DNA of 64,000 nucleotides, taken from contig CBDBCQ010000001.1 in the NCBI GenBank assembly GCA_965202965.1, forward strand, positions 6,626 through 70,625, read 5' to 3'. Below are positions 33,721 through 42,777 of this stretch, piece after piece; the stretch's first letter is position 1; the number at the start of each line of letters is the position of its first letter. The position numbers and the translations under genes are program-made. The notes under the pieces are model-generated. The model was not told the origin of the DNA and did no database searches. It saw only the letters and a program-made list of their open reading frames with translations. The DNA comes from Dehalococcoidia bacterium. GTDB lineage: Bacteria > Chloroflexota > Dehalococcoidia > Lucifugimonadales > UBA1123.

Positions 33721-34998
33721 CTAATCTGCGCTAATGTGCTCTAATCTCACAGGCAGGTCAGATGATTCCAATAGACGCTTCACAGACGCCGCCGGAGCGG
33801 TTTCGCGCCCCGGTCTTACCTCGTCTCCACATCCGTTTAGCGAGTCGGCAGACCTTGCCGCCTCAGTTTCTATATTCCTCGCCGCATTCTCATCACGGTC
33901 CATCACAAGCCCGCATTCATGGCAGCGATACTCACGCATCGACAGCACAAGTTCTGCCTTCCTGTTGCCGCAGCCCGAGCAGACCTTTGAGCTCGCGTAC
34001 CAGCGGTCTATCCTGATGACCTCCGCTCCGTAGAGTTCCGACTTGTACTGAAGCATCGAGATGAAGCCGCTCATGCCGGCATCCGCAACAGCCCTGCTGA
34101 GCCTGCGGTTGCGCACCATTCCGGAGACGTTCAGAGTCTCTACTCCTATGCGAGCGTACCGCTTGGCTATCGCGGTTGTCGCCTTGTGCTGGAAGTCTTG
34201 CCTGAGATAACTGACTCGGGCGTGAAATCTTCTTCGCCTGTTGTAAAGTTTCTCTCTTCGGGCTGACCGCTTGTCGCGCCCATGAGTGCTCCGGGAGCGC
34301 GCTATCGCCTTGTCCACACGCCGCAGGGCCGAGAGAGCGGATACCAGGACTTTCGGGTTCTCGATGACGCTACCGTCCGACAGGGTGGCAAGTGTCCTTA
34401 CGCCCATGTCAATGCCCACCGACTCGCCAGCTCGCTTGGGTGGTGCAACTACCCCGGTGTCCACACCAATCGACACATACCAGCGGATGCCGTCGTTGCT
34501 CACGACCACGGTCGTGAGCTCACCCTCGAACCTGAGCTCCTCTCGCATCTTCACCCAACCTATTCGGGGAAGCCTGACGCTTCGATCGCACACCCTCACC
34601 GTGCCACGCCCATTGTCCGCCTGGTAGCTGTCATAAACGCCGCGCTTGCGCCAGCGGGGGAAGCCAACGTAGCGTGCGGGCTTGCCTTCTCTCAGAGCGC
34701 GCCTGTAATCTCCCCACCTGGAGATCGCCTTGCCGACATTGCGTATGGCGTTCTTGGCCGCGTTCTGGCTGAGGTGGGCAGCCCAGGGAGCGAGTTCGGC
34801 CTTGCGCGCGTTCCAGCGGGGACGCAGTTCCTTGTCGTTGCGCCACTCTCCGTCGGCGAGTCCCTTCTGGAAGTCCTCGATGGCGCGGTTGGCGGCGAAC
34901 CTGGCGTAGCCGACGTGTTCCCATAGCAGCTGTTCTTGGCTGCGGGTTGGGTTCAGGGCTATCTTGTGCGCTAAGTTCACCATGAGATTAGTATTCAA
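33721..34998 (-). CDS. tnpB: TnpB (IS605 OrfB family), catalytic motifs intact
   Basis: VGIDMGVRT (RuvC-I), IGVETLNVSGM (RuvC-II), CSGCG...CHECG zinc finger and MDRDENAARNI (RuvC-III). The N terminus is shared with the remnant at 283-495. Confidence 0.9.
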   Translation of the reverse strand: MNTNLMVNLAHKIALNPTRSQEQLLWEHVGYARFAANRAIEDFQKGLADGEWRNDKELRPRWNARKAELAPWAAHLSQNAAKNAIRNVGKAISRWGDYRRALREGKPARYVGFPRWRKRGVYDSYQADNGRGTVRVCDRSVRLPRIGWVKMREELRFEGELTTVVVSNDGIRWYVSIGVDTGVVAPPKRAGESVGIDMGVRTLATLSDGSVIENPKVLVSALSALRRVDKAIARSRSTHGRDKRSARREKLYNRRRRFHARVSYLRQDFQHKATTAIAKRYARIGVETLNVSGMVRNRRLSRAVADAGMSGFISMLQYKSELYGAEVIRIDRWYASSKVCSGCGNRKAELVLSMREYRCHECGLVMDRDENAARNIETEAARSADSLNGCGDEVRPGRETAPAASVKRLLESSDLPVRLEHISAD

Positions 34999-35181
34999 AA
35001 GAACAGATCAGGCTAGATTTTTACGTACAGTTGATAGATTTTACGAATCAACTCCCTGAAATCATTATAGCATATTTTCGGAACTTATGTTTGCACACCC
35101 GATGACTGAAATTTCCGAAAACGAGGCACAGAGACTTTAGATCTGGATTTTGAAATCCCGATGAGAATCTGGAGAAAAATT

Positions 35182-35230
35182 ATGTGCTGGGACGGGCAGG
35201 CGAAAGCGTGCCTGTCCTGTCCCAGCACAT
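35182..35230. repeat. Long imperfect inverted repeat next to the iterons
   Basis: ATGTGCTGGGACGGGCAGGC / GCCTGTCCTGTCCCAGCACAT. The outer 12 bp are perfect and the central loop is about 8 nt. Confidence 0.8.
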
Positions 35231-35324
35231 GACCCCATGCATGCTGGGCATGCTGGGGTTACATGGGGGGAGAAGCATGGGATGAGGATTTTTATGCGGT
35301 GTTACAGGCGCTTAGAGGAAAAGT

Positions 35325-35434
35325 CATGACAGCTAACCCGCATGGGCATGACAGCTAACCTGCATCGGCATGACAGCTAACCTGCATCGGCATGACAGCT
35401 AACCTGCAAATCCATGACAGCTAACCCGCATTGC
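35325..35434. promoter_or_regulatory. Five contiguous 22-bp iterons (candidate replication origin)
   Basis: CATGACAGCTAACC(C/T)GCA.... starts at 35325, 35347, 35369, 35391 and 35413, an exact 22-bp phase. The array sits immediately 3' of the primase-helicase-526-aa operon. Confidence 0.7.
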
Positions 35435-35446
35435 TAATGACGCGAT

Positions 35447-35504
35447 CTTACAGCAAATCAACATCGCTGAAACGCAATTTCTTACAGCAAATCAACATCG
35501 CTGA
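35447..35504. repeat. Two direct copies of CTTACAGCAAATCAACATCGCTGA
   Basis: Copies at 35447-35470 and 35481-35504, between the iterons and the stop of 35514..37094. Confidence 0.9.
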
Positions 35505-35513
35505 TCCGGCTAT

Positions 35514-37094
35514 CTACGCCTGACTGAAGTTGCTCCAGTCAGTCGGCAGAACGCGGTACGCTCGCTCTCCGAGCTCGCCGGCGGCAGGCTCGATCACGCA
35601 GTACCCGACCTTTTCCATGGCCCCTAGGGCCTGCTTGGCGCGATGCAATCGCTGGAAGCGCAGGTTACCTGTCACATCTGCTGCGTCCGCGGGGAAGCAG
35701 AGTGTGATGATGTCCTGATCCAGAAGAGCGGGATACCGGTCGGCGTATGGATTGCGCTCCCGTGCTGCGAGCCTTCTTCGCTCTCCGAGAGTCCTGCCCT
35801 GAACGGGCTTCCCCGACTTGTTCAGGAACACAAGCCTCTCGTCGTTGAATCCGGCGACAGGTCGCTCACGCTGGTCCAGCAAGACCTCTCCGTCAGAGCC
35901 GAGCGCCAGTCCTTCTTTGTTGCGCAGTATCCTTGGGCGTGTCGCCTGGATCGGCCTTGTGCCGTTGCGGTGAGTCCCAAACTTATCCCAATAATACGGG
36001 AGTCCAATGGCCGCGGCATACTGAGGAGCACTCTTCACGCCGAAGTACCGCATGGCGCTCCGGTCGATCATTGCGCCGCCCACGCTGCCGGGTGGGAGTT
36101 CGATGTCGAAGACTATCGGGCTGTCGAGGTTGGCTTCAGGCATCAGCGTAACGCCGACAGGACGCCACAGCCCTGGCGCCTTGTAGCCGGGCAGCATCGT
36201 GCGGATGCGTATCTGGTCGACCTCCCACAGGTCGCCTCGCATCCTGTCGATGTCCCGCTTTGGATTAAAGTGGTGACGTCTGCCCTCCTGCTTGTAATAG
36301 ATCAGGTCACGAAGGTCGCGCAGCGTCATTTCGAGACGCTTACGCCCGGGTATTCTGCGAGCTTCGTGCGTAAGCGACGTCAGCAGTCCGAACCAGATTC
36401 GTAGCGGAACTGGTGCGCCGCGGCCTCGGTTGACCATCTTGCCGCCGCCTGCTGCCCACGTCTGCACCAGCGCGCCGGGAATGATCGTACCATCGACGGG
36501 AGCGAAGCCCGGCAGCATTCCCAGGGCTTCCTGGTTGCCCAGAGGCGCTTCTTCGGGTGCGAAGCCTGGCAGGTATCCGAGCGCGCCTGCGCTCTCCATG
36601 CTGATCGGAAGGATGCCCACCCGCTTTCTGGACGGCTCTATCTGGACAGGGCGCTTGAACCACTGTTCGATGAGTGGCGCGATGGGATGCTTGAGCTCAG
36701 GATCCAGTTCTTTCGCCGCCGTCCATACCTGGTGGCAATCTTCCAGCCCATAGGCGATGAGGACGCTGTCCGTCCTGCCTATAAGGTCGAAATCCAGCCT
36801 TATCTTGCTGCCGTGCACGACGACGTAAAGCTCGTTTCTGCCCTCCATGCGGATGTACGCTTCATCGGCGCTGGCAAGATTATCGGGACCACAGACTTCT
36901 TCGACAGCGGCGACGCGCTCGTGGAATTCCGGCAAGCCTTCATCCAGCTCCCCCTCCATTATGGAGGCGCGAAAAGAAGTAAGGTCCGGCAGATCGGGCA
37001 TGTCTTCATCGTCGCGCTGCCTGATTCGCTGTCGCCAGGTTGCGGCTGCCAGCTCCTGGAAGAGTTCCTCAGCCAATATCGTCATCGAACTCAC
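35514..37094 (-). CDS. Hypothetical 526-aa protein; putative replication initiator / iteron-binding protein (by context only)
   Basis: It is the last gene of the primase-helicase operon, overlaps the upstream gene by 26 nt, and is directly adjacent to the iterons. The C-terminal segment (RFQRLHRAKQALGAMEKVGYCVIEP) looks winged-helix-like. No family was recognised. Confidence 0.35.
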   Translation of the reverse strand: MSSMTILAEELFQELAAATWRQRIRQRDDEDMPDLPDLTSFRASIMEGELDEGLPEFHERVAAVEEVCGPDNLASADEAYIRMEGRNELYVVVHGSKIRLDFDLIGRTDSVLIAYGLEDCHQVWTAAKELDPELKHPIAPLIEQWFKRPVQIEPSRKRVGILPISMESAGALGYLPGFAPEEAPLGNQEALGMLPGFAPVDGTIIPGALVQTWAAGGGKMVNRGRGAPVPLRIWFGLLTSLTHEARRIPGRKRLEMTLRDLRDLIYYKQEGRRHHFNPKRDIDRMRGDLWEVDQIRIRTMLPGYKAPGLWRPVGVTLMPEANLDSPIVFDIELPPGSVGGAMIDRSAMRYFGVKSAPQYAAAIGLPYYWDKFGTHRNGTRPIQATRPRILRNKEGLALGSDGEVLLDQRERPVAGFNDERLVFLNKSGKPVQGRTLGERRRLAARERNPYADRYPALLDQDIITLCFPADAADVTGNLRFQRLHRAKQALGAMEKVGYCVIEPAAGELGERAYRVLPTDWSNFSQA

Positions 37095-38301
37095 CTTTCA
37101 CATCGCGTGGTTCAGCATCCGTCTCTTCTGCGGCAGCAGGTGAATAATTGTCACCGTAGTCGGCCTTTCGTCCTGCGCTTTCCAGCCAGACGCCACGCCG
37201 GTTCGTAAGCCAGACCGAGCCTGTGCTCTCGGCATAGTTCTGCTTCGCGTTCACCAGCCGGTATGCGTAAGCCGGCTCACAGGAGCAACTTTTTGGTGGT
37301 GAGCATCCATTCCTGCAGCCGTTCGTGACGGTCTCCAGGGTCCACATCGCGCGAACGCCTCCCAGAATGCCGGTTGATCCCGAGTATGTGACGCCGGCGG
37401 TCTTGGGCGGATGTGCGATCAGCAGCACCGCGCAATCGTGCTCGTCGGCCCAGGCGGCCCAGTCCGCGAAGAACGCTCCGACCTGCGCGCGGTCGATCTC
37501 ACTCGCGCCATTGGCGACTCCGAGTGTATCGATCACAAGCAGTCGAGCGTCGTGTGCCTCAGCGGCCAGCCGTAGTTCCTTGCCTGCCGGCGTAAGCCCT
37601 GGCACGGCGTAGCGCTCAGACGCGGCCCAGAGGTGTCCCCTGGCGCGCATGTCGGCTATCTTGAAATTCTCTCCGTTGCCGCTCTTTCCGGCCTGTTCAA
37701 GCCAGTAGAGCCGCCCCCTGATCTGGTCAGGGCTGTCCTCCCAGGTTGCGTACACGATTGCGCTGGCCCCAACCGGCTCAAAGCCATTGCCGTAGTCCGC
37801 TCCTGCAGCTGGCATCTGACCCGCCTCACCCAGCCACTGACCGTCGCCGCTCAGGGCCCAGGCGAGCTGAAGAGCGAGCCGGGACTTCCCTACCCCACCG
37901 TCTCCGGTGAGCATCGCAACACAGCTCCGCGGCAGCCATCTCTCCACGAGCCAGCTCTGCCAGTAGTGAGCCGGTATGCCGTCCGTCAGTTCCAGTGGCT
38001 GGGCCTTGCGGCTGGCTTCGAGGGTGAGCTGAACGGCGTCGAAATCAGCCTGCAGGGGCTCGTTTCCATACAGCAGGGCCTCGTTGATCCTGGCGGCAGC
38101 GCGCCTGCCCATCTCGATAGTGGGTGATTCGTATCCGGCAGTTTCCGAGAGCGCCTTGAAGTTAGCCTCGGCCTGGGCCCAGTCAACGTCGCCGGCAGCG
38201 CCAAACGCCGCTGCAAGGTCGTACGCAGCTCTCTGGCGGTCGGTCGGCTCTACTTCGATACGGCCTGCCGCAAGATCCCCTGAGTGTCCGTTAGTTGTCA
38301 T
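37069..38301 (-). CDS. RecA-fold AAA ATPase (AAA_25 / RepA-like replicative helicase family)
   Basis: Walker A LTGDGGVGKSRLALQLAWAL and Walker B ARLLVIDTLG, followed by LLIAHPPK. Its position between primase and initiator is typical of plasmid/ICE replication modules. Confidence 0.7.
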   Translation of the reverse strand: MTTNGHSGDLAAGRIEVEPTDRQRAAYDLAAAFGAAGDVDWAQAEANFKALSETAGYESPTIEMGRRAAARINEALLYGNEPLQADFDAVQLTLEASRKAQPLELTDGIPAHYWQSWLVERWLPRSCVAMLTGDGGVGKSRLALQLAWALSGDGQWLGEAGQMPAAGADYGNGFEPVGASAIVYATWEDSPDQIRGRLYWLEQAGKSGNGENFKIADMRARGHLWAASERYAVPGLTPAGKELRLAAEAHDARLLVIDTLGVANGASEIDRAQVGAFFADWAAWADEHDCAVLLIAHPPKTAGVTYSGSTGILGGVRAMWTLETVTNGCRNGCSPPKSCSCEPAYAYRLVNAKQNYAESTGSVWLTNRRGVWLESAGRKADYGDNYSPAAAEETDAEPRDVKGEFDDDIG

Positions 38302-38329
38302 GGTAATTCCCTATGCTACTTAGAAAGTG

Positions 38330-39508
38330 TTACTTGAGCATCGTCGATGCGTATCTGAGCGCTTCAAACGGTGCCATACCCTCCGCTTCGAGGTCGTTCG
38401 CGAAAGTAGTCAGCTCATTGGCGTCGATGTCGAGCAGTGGCGCTTCACGCGCTGCGTCCGCTGCATCCTTGCCTACCTCCACACCGACGACATCCGTCAT
38501 CAGGCCGTCCAGCTTGCGCGCGACGGCCAGTGCCTTGACAGAGTCCAGTCCCGGGCGGCGACCCTGCTTGTCTTCTGCGTCCATGTCCGGCCAGAGAGTC
38601 ACGAAGTCGAAAACCGAGATCTCCTGTTTCCAGGCCAGCACCGGACGAGGCGTCGTCAGGGTGGCGATCACCGGCTCCGGATTGCGGGCTGCCAAGGCCA
38701 GGGCGTCTGCAGCTCCCTCACAGACCGTAACGCTATCGCCGCGGACATCCCCGACTGTCCAGACAGCAAGCCTGGCGTTGCCGAACTTCGGCTTGTCGAC
38801 TCGCCGTCTCTGGGAGTTCTCATAGTCGGCTCGCTCGCCATCGCCATCGATGCAGACGAGCTGCACCGCGGTCGGCGGCGGCGTGTCCGGATAAGTCGCT
38901 CGCCATGCGCCAAGCGGCGCAAGCGGAAACGCGATCGCGCCTATCCCTGAATGCGTTCCCCGGAAGACCGGCGCATCAGCCGGAATCCAGCGCAGAGAAG
39001 GCGGCAGCGGCATCTGCGGACGCCATAGGTTGCGCCGGCGCATCCAGGCGCGAACGGGGTGATCAGGGGCGTCGGCGACTGGCAGGACCTGGCTGCGAAT
39101 CCACCGGAGGGTTTCTCTGCCGCGATGGTCAGACGTCTTGGTACTGGCGCCCTGTCCTGCGGGACTGCGCGGCGCTCGTGAGGATCGCCCTTGTGCCGGG
39201 TATGTTGTATAGGTGGCATTTTCGCTTTGTTTTCGCAGGAAACCGTGCTGTTCGAGCCAGGCAAGTGCGCCCGTCTTGTCAAGCCGTTCTTCGCGCATGA
39301 CGAGCGCCAGCACTCCCCCGCCCTCTCCGCCCTCGAAGTCGCTCCAGGTGCCGGTATCGATCTTGAGCCTGAATGAGCCCTTGCGCCCCCAGCGCCACTC
39401 ACTAGGCGAACGGCCTGACGGGTCTCCGAGAAGGCGTTCGCAGACCGCGGGGGCAATGGCCACGAATGTCGCGTCAGTCATAGCCCACCTCGATCTCGGA
39501 CAAAGCAA
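38330..39508 (-). CDS. Toprim-domain DNA primase (plasmid/phage type)
   Basis: N-terminal WRWGRKGSFRLKIDTGTWSDFEGGEGGGVLALV block, Toprim glutamate VTVCEGAADALALA, and acidic motif LWPDMDAEDKQGRRPG. The true start may be MTDATF at 39481. Confidence 0.7.
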   Translation of the reverse strand: MLCPRSRWAMTDATFVAIAPAVCERLLGDPSGRSPSEWRWGRKGSFRLKIDTGTWSDFEGGEGGGVLALVMREERLDKTGALAWLEQHGFLRKQSENATYTTYPAQGRSSRAPRSPAGQGASTKTSDHRGRETLRWIRSQVLPVADAPDHPVRAWMRRRNLWRPQMPLPPSLRWIPADAPVFRGTHSGIGAIAFPLAPLGAWRATYPDTPPPTAVQLVCIDGDGERADYENSQRRRVDKPKFGNARLAVWTVGDVRGDSVTVCEGAADALALAARNPEPVIATLTTPRPVLAWKQEISVFDFVTLWPDMDAEDKQGRRPGLDSVKALAVARKLDGLMTDVVGVEVGKDAADAAREAPLLDIDANELTTFANDLEAEGMAPFEALRYASTMLK

Positions 39509-39990
39509 ACAGCCTCCGCCGTCGCGCGAAAGGCGACTTCGGAGGCTACGTGGGCACCAGCCATTGAGCCATCCGGCTCTGTGGCTGGAAATTGGAAAAG
39601 TACAAAAAAGAAGTTGTCAATCGAGCGATATGCTCGTATAATGCCAAAAGACATCATAACTCCTGAGCGTGGAGCAGGTGTTTTTATGGAAGCCGTCGGG
39701 TCATCACCCCGGCGGTTTCGCTTTTGCAGGCAATCGTACCATTTTTGCCGTGTTACGGCAAAGCGTGGTGGTGGCAAGAGTCGCTTCAATAATTCAGCGA
39801 TTGATCCCATTGATCCCAAAGTAGCGATTTTTCGCCAATTTCACCACATGCCCTTTTGCAGCATATTCAAACATAGTCCAGCGCGGTCATCTGCTATTTC
39901 GTCTCCCCATCAAGCGCCTCTTGCGAGACGCGCAGCTTGCGCTCTTTGTCCGGCCCTCGTAGATGTCGCCGAGGGCGAGAAGCTGCCCTC

Positions 39991-40395
39991 TTAGCAGGCA
40001 ACCCCGACTAAGTTCACTCCTTGCATCCGGGCAAACCTCTGGTCAAAGGTCTGGAGCGGAGTGGAATTCGCGCGTTCGGCTGCTCCGAGTATCATCAGGT
40101 CAGAGAACCCTATACCTCCTTGACGAAAGCGATAGGCAGAAGCGGCTACGTCATCAGAGTTCTCGACAACCAAGGTGTCCGAAGTCGTCAGGCCCAACAG
40201 CGCTTCAGCAATCTGACTTCGCTTAAATCCATAGCTTCGCTCCAGAACCCAGGCAACCTCCAGGACGACCTCGCGGCAGATGTATCCCGGTTCATCTGGA
40301 GTCAAGCCGTCGATCAATGCACGAGCAGCTTCGGCCTGTTCCGGAACGTCGCCTACGAGATAGCGCATGAGTACGTTGGTGTCGAGTGCAGTCAT
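39991..40395 (-). CDS. vapC: PIN-domain toxin VapC
   Basis: MTALDTNVLMRYLVGD..., later ..EV..., ..FSDLMILG... acidic residues. It has a 4-nt ATGA overlap with the upstream antitoxin. Confidence 0.85.
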   Translation of the reverse strand: MTALDTNVLMRYLVGDVPEQAEAARALIDGLTPDEPGYICREVVLEVAWVLERSYGFKRSQIAEALLGLTTSDTLVVENSDDVAASAYRFRQGGIGFSDLMILGAAERANSTPLQTFDQRFARMQGVNLVGVAC

Positions 40396-40628
40396 CCTTC
40401 GACGGCCCCCTCAGCGATGGCTTCTTCCATTTCTTCCAGGCTCACGGGTGGCCCGTCATACTTCAGACTGCCGAACAGGCGGCGGGTGGAGCGTATCGGC
40501 ATTATCAGCACTCCCTCGTCAAGTATGACGTATCGCACCTTATCCCCGGCCTTTACGTCCAGTGAATCCCTGACGGCCTTGGGTAATGTCGTCTGGCCCT
40601 TGATCGTTATGCTGGACTCGAACATCAC
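40392..40628 (-). CDS. vapB: AbrB/SpoVT-fold antitoxin (VapB/MazE-like)
   Basis: MMFESSITIKGQTTLPKAVRDSLDVKAGDKVRYVILDEGVLIMP. TAGGAG SD. Confidence 0.85.
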   Translation of the reverse strand: MMFESSITIKGQTTLPKAVRDSLDVKAGDKVRYVILDEGVLIMPIRSTRRLFGSLKYDGPPVSLEEMEEAIAEGAVEG

Positions 40629-40763
40629 AAATTCTCCTATCGCTATCGGGATGATGCCTGCATTACATTATGCCCTGTAGTAATGCGTCAGGCAATACTG
40701 TAAGGCCAATATGGCAGGACAATCGAAATCTTGACTCGGCTGTGAGATATGAGCCACATGAAC

Positions 40764-40797
40764 AAGGGCTGGCAACCACTTGGAGTTGCCAGCCCTT
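40764..40797. other. Perfect 13-bp-stem hairpin of unknown function
   Basis: AAGGGCTGGCAAC-(8 nt)-GTTGCCAGCCCTT. Only a weak T-rich run follows (TCGTCTGTTC). It lies inside the non-homologous 5' part of ORF 40749..41486. Confidence 0.4.
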
Positions 40798-40879
40798 TCG
40801 TCTGTTCATCGGCAGGCGTTGCGCCATTATGGTCGGCATCGTTGCGCTGTCGGAATTATGTTTGGATATGCTACAAATG

Positions 40880-41501
40880 GCGGTGTGGAGAGTTTGTCCG
40901 CCCTCTGCCCTTCAATGAATTATCGAAGCGACTCAAGGTGAAGTACCAGGACATCGAAGTCGGCCTTGACTTCGAGCCTGAGCCAGGACTGGCGGACAAT
41001 GGCGATCTGGAAATGGATTTGCAGGACCTGTTTGAAGCCGTGGGAGTCGCGGCCAGAGCGGATAGCAGTTACGTCGCCCTCTTCATAGACGAACTCCAGT
41101 ATGTGCAGGAGGACCAGCTCGCGGCACTGATTACGGCGCTCCACCGGGCGGCCCAGCGACAATTGCCCGTCACGATGGTCGGGGCGGGTTTGCCGCAACT
41201 CAGGGGCGCGATGGGTAATGCAAAGTCCTATGCCGAGAGGCTGTTCGACTTCCCGGAAATAGGGCCTCTCTCGCGTAGCGATGCCAGGCTCGCCATATCC
41301 AAGCCCGCACTTGATGAGGGAGTGGAGATAGAAGCTGCGGTCCTCGATGCCGTTGTCGAGCGAACGGAGGGCTACCCCTACTTCTTGCAGATTTGGGGGA
41401 AACATCTCTGGGACGTGGGCAGAATGCTCTCCGATCACCGAGGTGAACTTCGCTCCTGCTTCCGCTCAGGCGATAGCGGACCTTGATCAGAGTTTCTTCC
41501 T
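40880..41501 (+). pseudogene. AAA ATPase (archaeal-ATPase/ORC-like family) pseudogene, 5' part: lacks Walker A, frameshifted, then IS-interrupted
   Basis: Walker B region ALFIDELQYVQEDQLAALITALHRAAQRQLPV...GYPYFLQIWGKHLWDV. The frame then changes near 41415 to ...AECSPITEVNFAPASAQAIADLDQSFFLVRL, which ends at the IS607 junction. Confidence 0.7.
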
Positions 41502-41532
41502 TGTTCGGTTGCCTGGGATGTTAGCAAGTGTT

Positions 41533-42777
41533 TCAGTCCGCAGCGGGATGAACAGTCGCCAACGGTCCAGTTCGCCCTTCATCCCCGATGGTTTCGTCCG
41601 TCGTCAGACGAACCAGAGCCTTCGAGTCCGAGCGCGTTACATCGGGGCCAACCGCCCCTAGCGCAAACTTTTGCAGGTTGCGAGCCGCGTTCAGGTTCCG
41701 GTCATGAGTCACCCCACAGGCGCCACAGCGCCAGGCGGGCTCCCTGCGAAGCCCGGCATTCACCACTCCACAGGAAGAGCACGTCTTGCTGGAGGGATAG
41801 AAGACAGGAGCCTGTACCAGTTCCGTCCCGTACCACCTGCACTTGTACTCCACCTTCCTGAGAAGTCCGCCAATGGCCGCATCCCTGATGGCCTGTGCCT
41901 GCCATCTAAGCTTGCCCATCCCGGACACGTTCAGTGTCTCTATCCCGAGCACCCGGTACTTCCGCGCCACTGCCCGCGATAGCTGGTGATGAGCGTTGTC
42001 CCTCAGTCCTGTGATACGACGCTGGCAGCCGTCTATCCTTCGCTGTGCTTCATGCCAGCCACGGGAACCGGACTTCCTGCGAGACTGCGCCCTCTGCCAG
42101 CGTCGCAGCTTCCGCAGGCTGCGTCTCAGTGCCCTTGGGTTCTCGTGCTCCGTTCCGTCAGACTCCACAGCAAGCGGACTGATGCCCACATCGAGACCGC
42201 CACACGGTTGAGGCTTCCGCTCCTGTACCTTGTCCGGCACCCTCAGGCTCAGACTCGCGTACCACCGTCCATTGGTCTTCTTGACCGTCACCTTCGATAC
42301 CACCGCTCCGTCCGGCAGCCCGTGCCTCAGCCTCACGGACCCGATGTACGGCAACCGCAGCCTGCGATGCCCATCGTAGCTGATAGTCTGCACCCCGGAG
42401 GCTGCCAGGAACGACCCCGAGCCTGTCGCGCGTCTCGCGTGGAACCCGGGTCTGCCGGACTCCCCGCTGAACCACCTGTCCATCGCGGCACGGAAGTTGT
42501 CACGCGCTCCCTCCGCCACGAACTTGCTCACCGAGGCGATGAAGGAGAACTCGTCGGTGTCGTGCTTCAGCCTGTTCAGTTCCCTAGCCAGTTCATAACC
42601 GGACGGCCAGCGGCCCAGCTGCGCTCGGGCCATACGGCTGGTCGCAACGTGGATGTTGTAGACAGCCCTGCTTATCCCTATGCACCTGCCGGCATACTGC
42701 TCCTGACGGATAGTCAGATGTATCGGCACCACCAGTCCCGACCTAATCACCCGCCGCCTCCAATGCGCGCCTGGCAC
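41533..42777 (-). CDS. tnpB: TnpB of the IS607 unit, catalytic motifs intact
   Basis: GGLDVGISP, LGIETLNVSGM, CSSCG...CGACG and THDRNLNAARNL. Confidence 0.9.
   Translation of the reverse strand: MPGAHWRRRVIRSGLVVPIHLTIRQEQYAGRCIGISRAVYNIHVATSRMARAQLGRWPSGYELARELNRLKHDTDEFSFIASVSKFVAEGARDNFRAAMDRWFSGESGRPGFHARRATGSGSFLAASGVQTISYDGHRRLRLPYIGSVRLRHGLPDGAVVSKVTVKKTNGRWYASLSLRVPDKVQERKPQPCGGLDVGISPLAVESDGTEHENPRALRRSLRKLRRWQRAQSRRKSGSRGWHEAQRRIDGCQRRITGLRDNAHHQLSRAVARKYRVLGIETLNVSGMGKLRWQAQAIRDAAIGGLLRKVEYKCRWYGTELVQAPVFYPSSKTCSSCGVVNAGLRREPAWRCGACGVTHDRNLNAARNLQKFALGAVGPDVTRSDSKALVRLTTDETIGDEGRTGPLATVHPAAD

Noticed and set aside
35325-35434. Possible CRISPR array (regular 22-bp repeats).
   Set aside because: The repeats are contiguous with no unique spacers, there are only five units, and no cas genes are present. 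The arrangement fits iterons.
39478-39819. 113-aa ORF upstream of the primase as a possible AlpA/excisionase-like HTH gene (IAELLKRLL...TRQKWYDCL).
   Set aside because: The similarity is very weak, the ORF overlaps the primase start, the rest of the translation looks non-protein-like, and there is no good SD.
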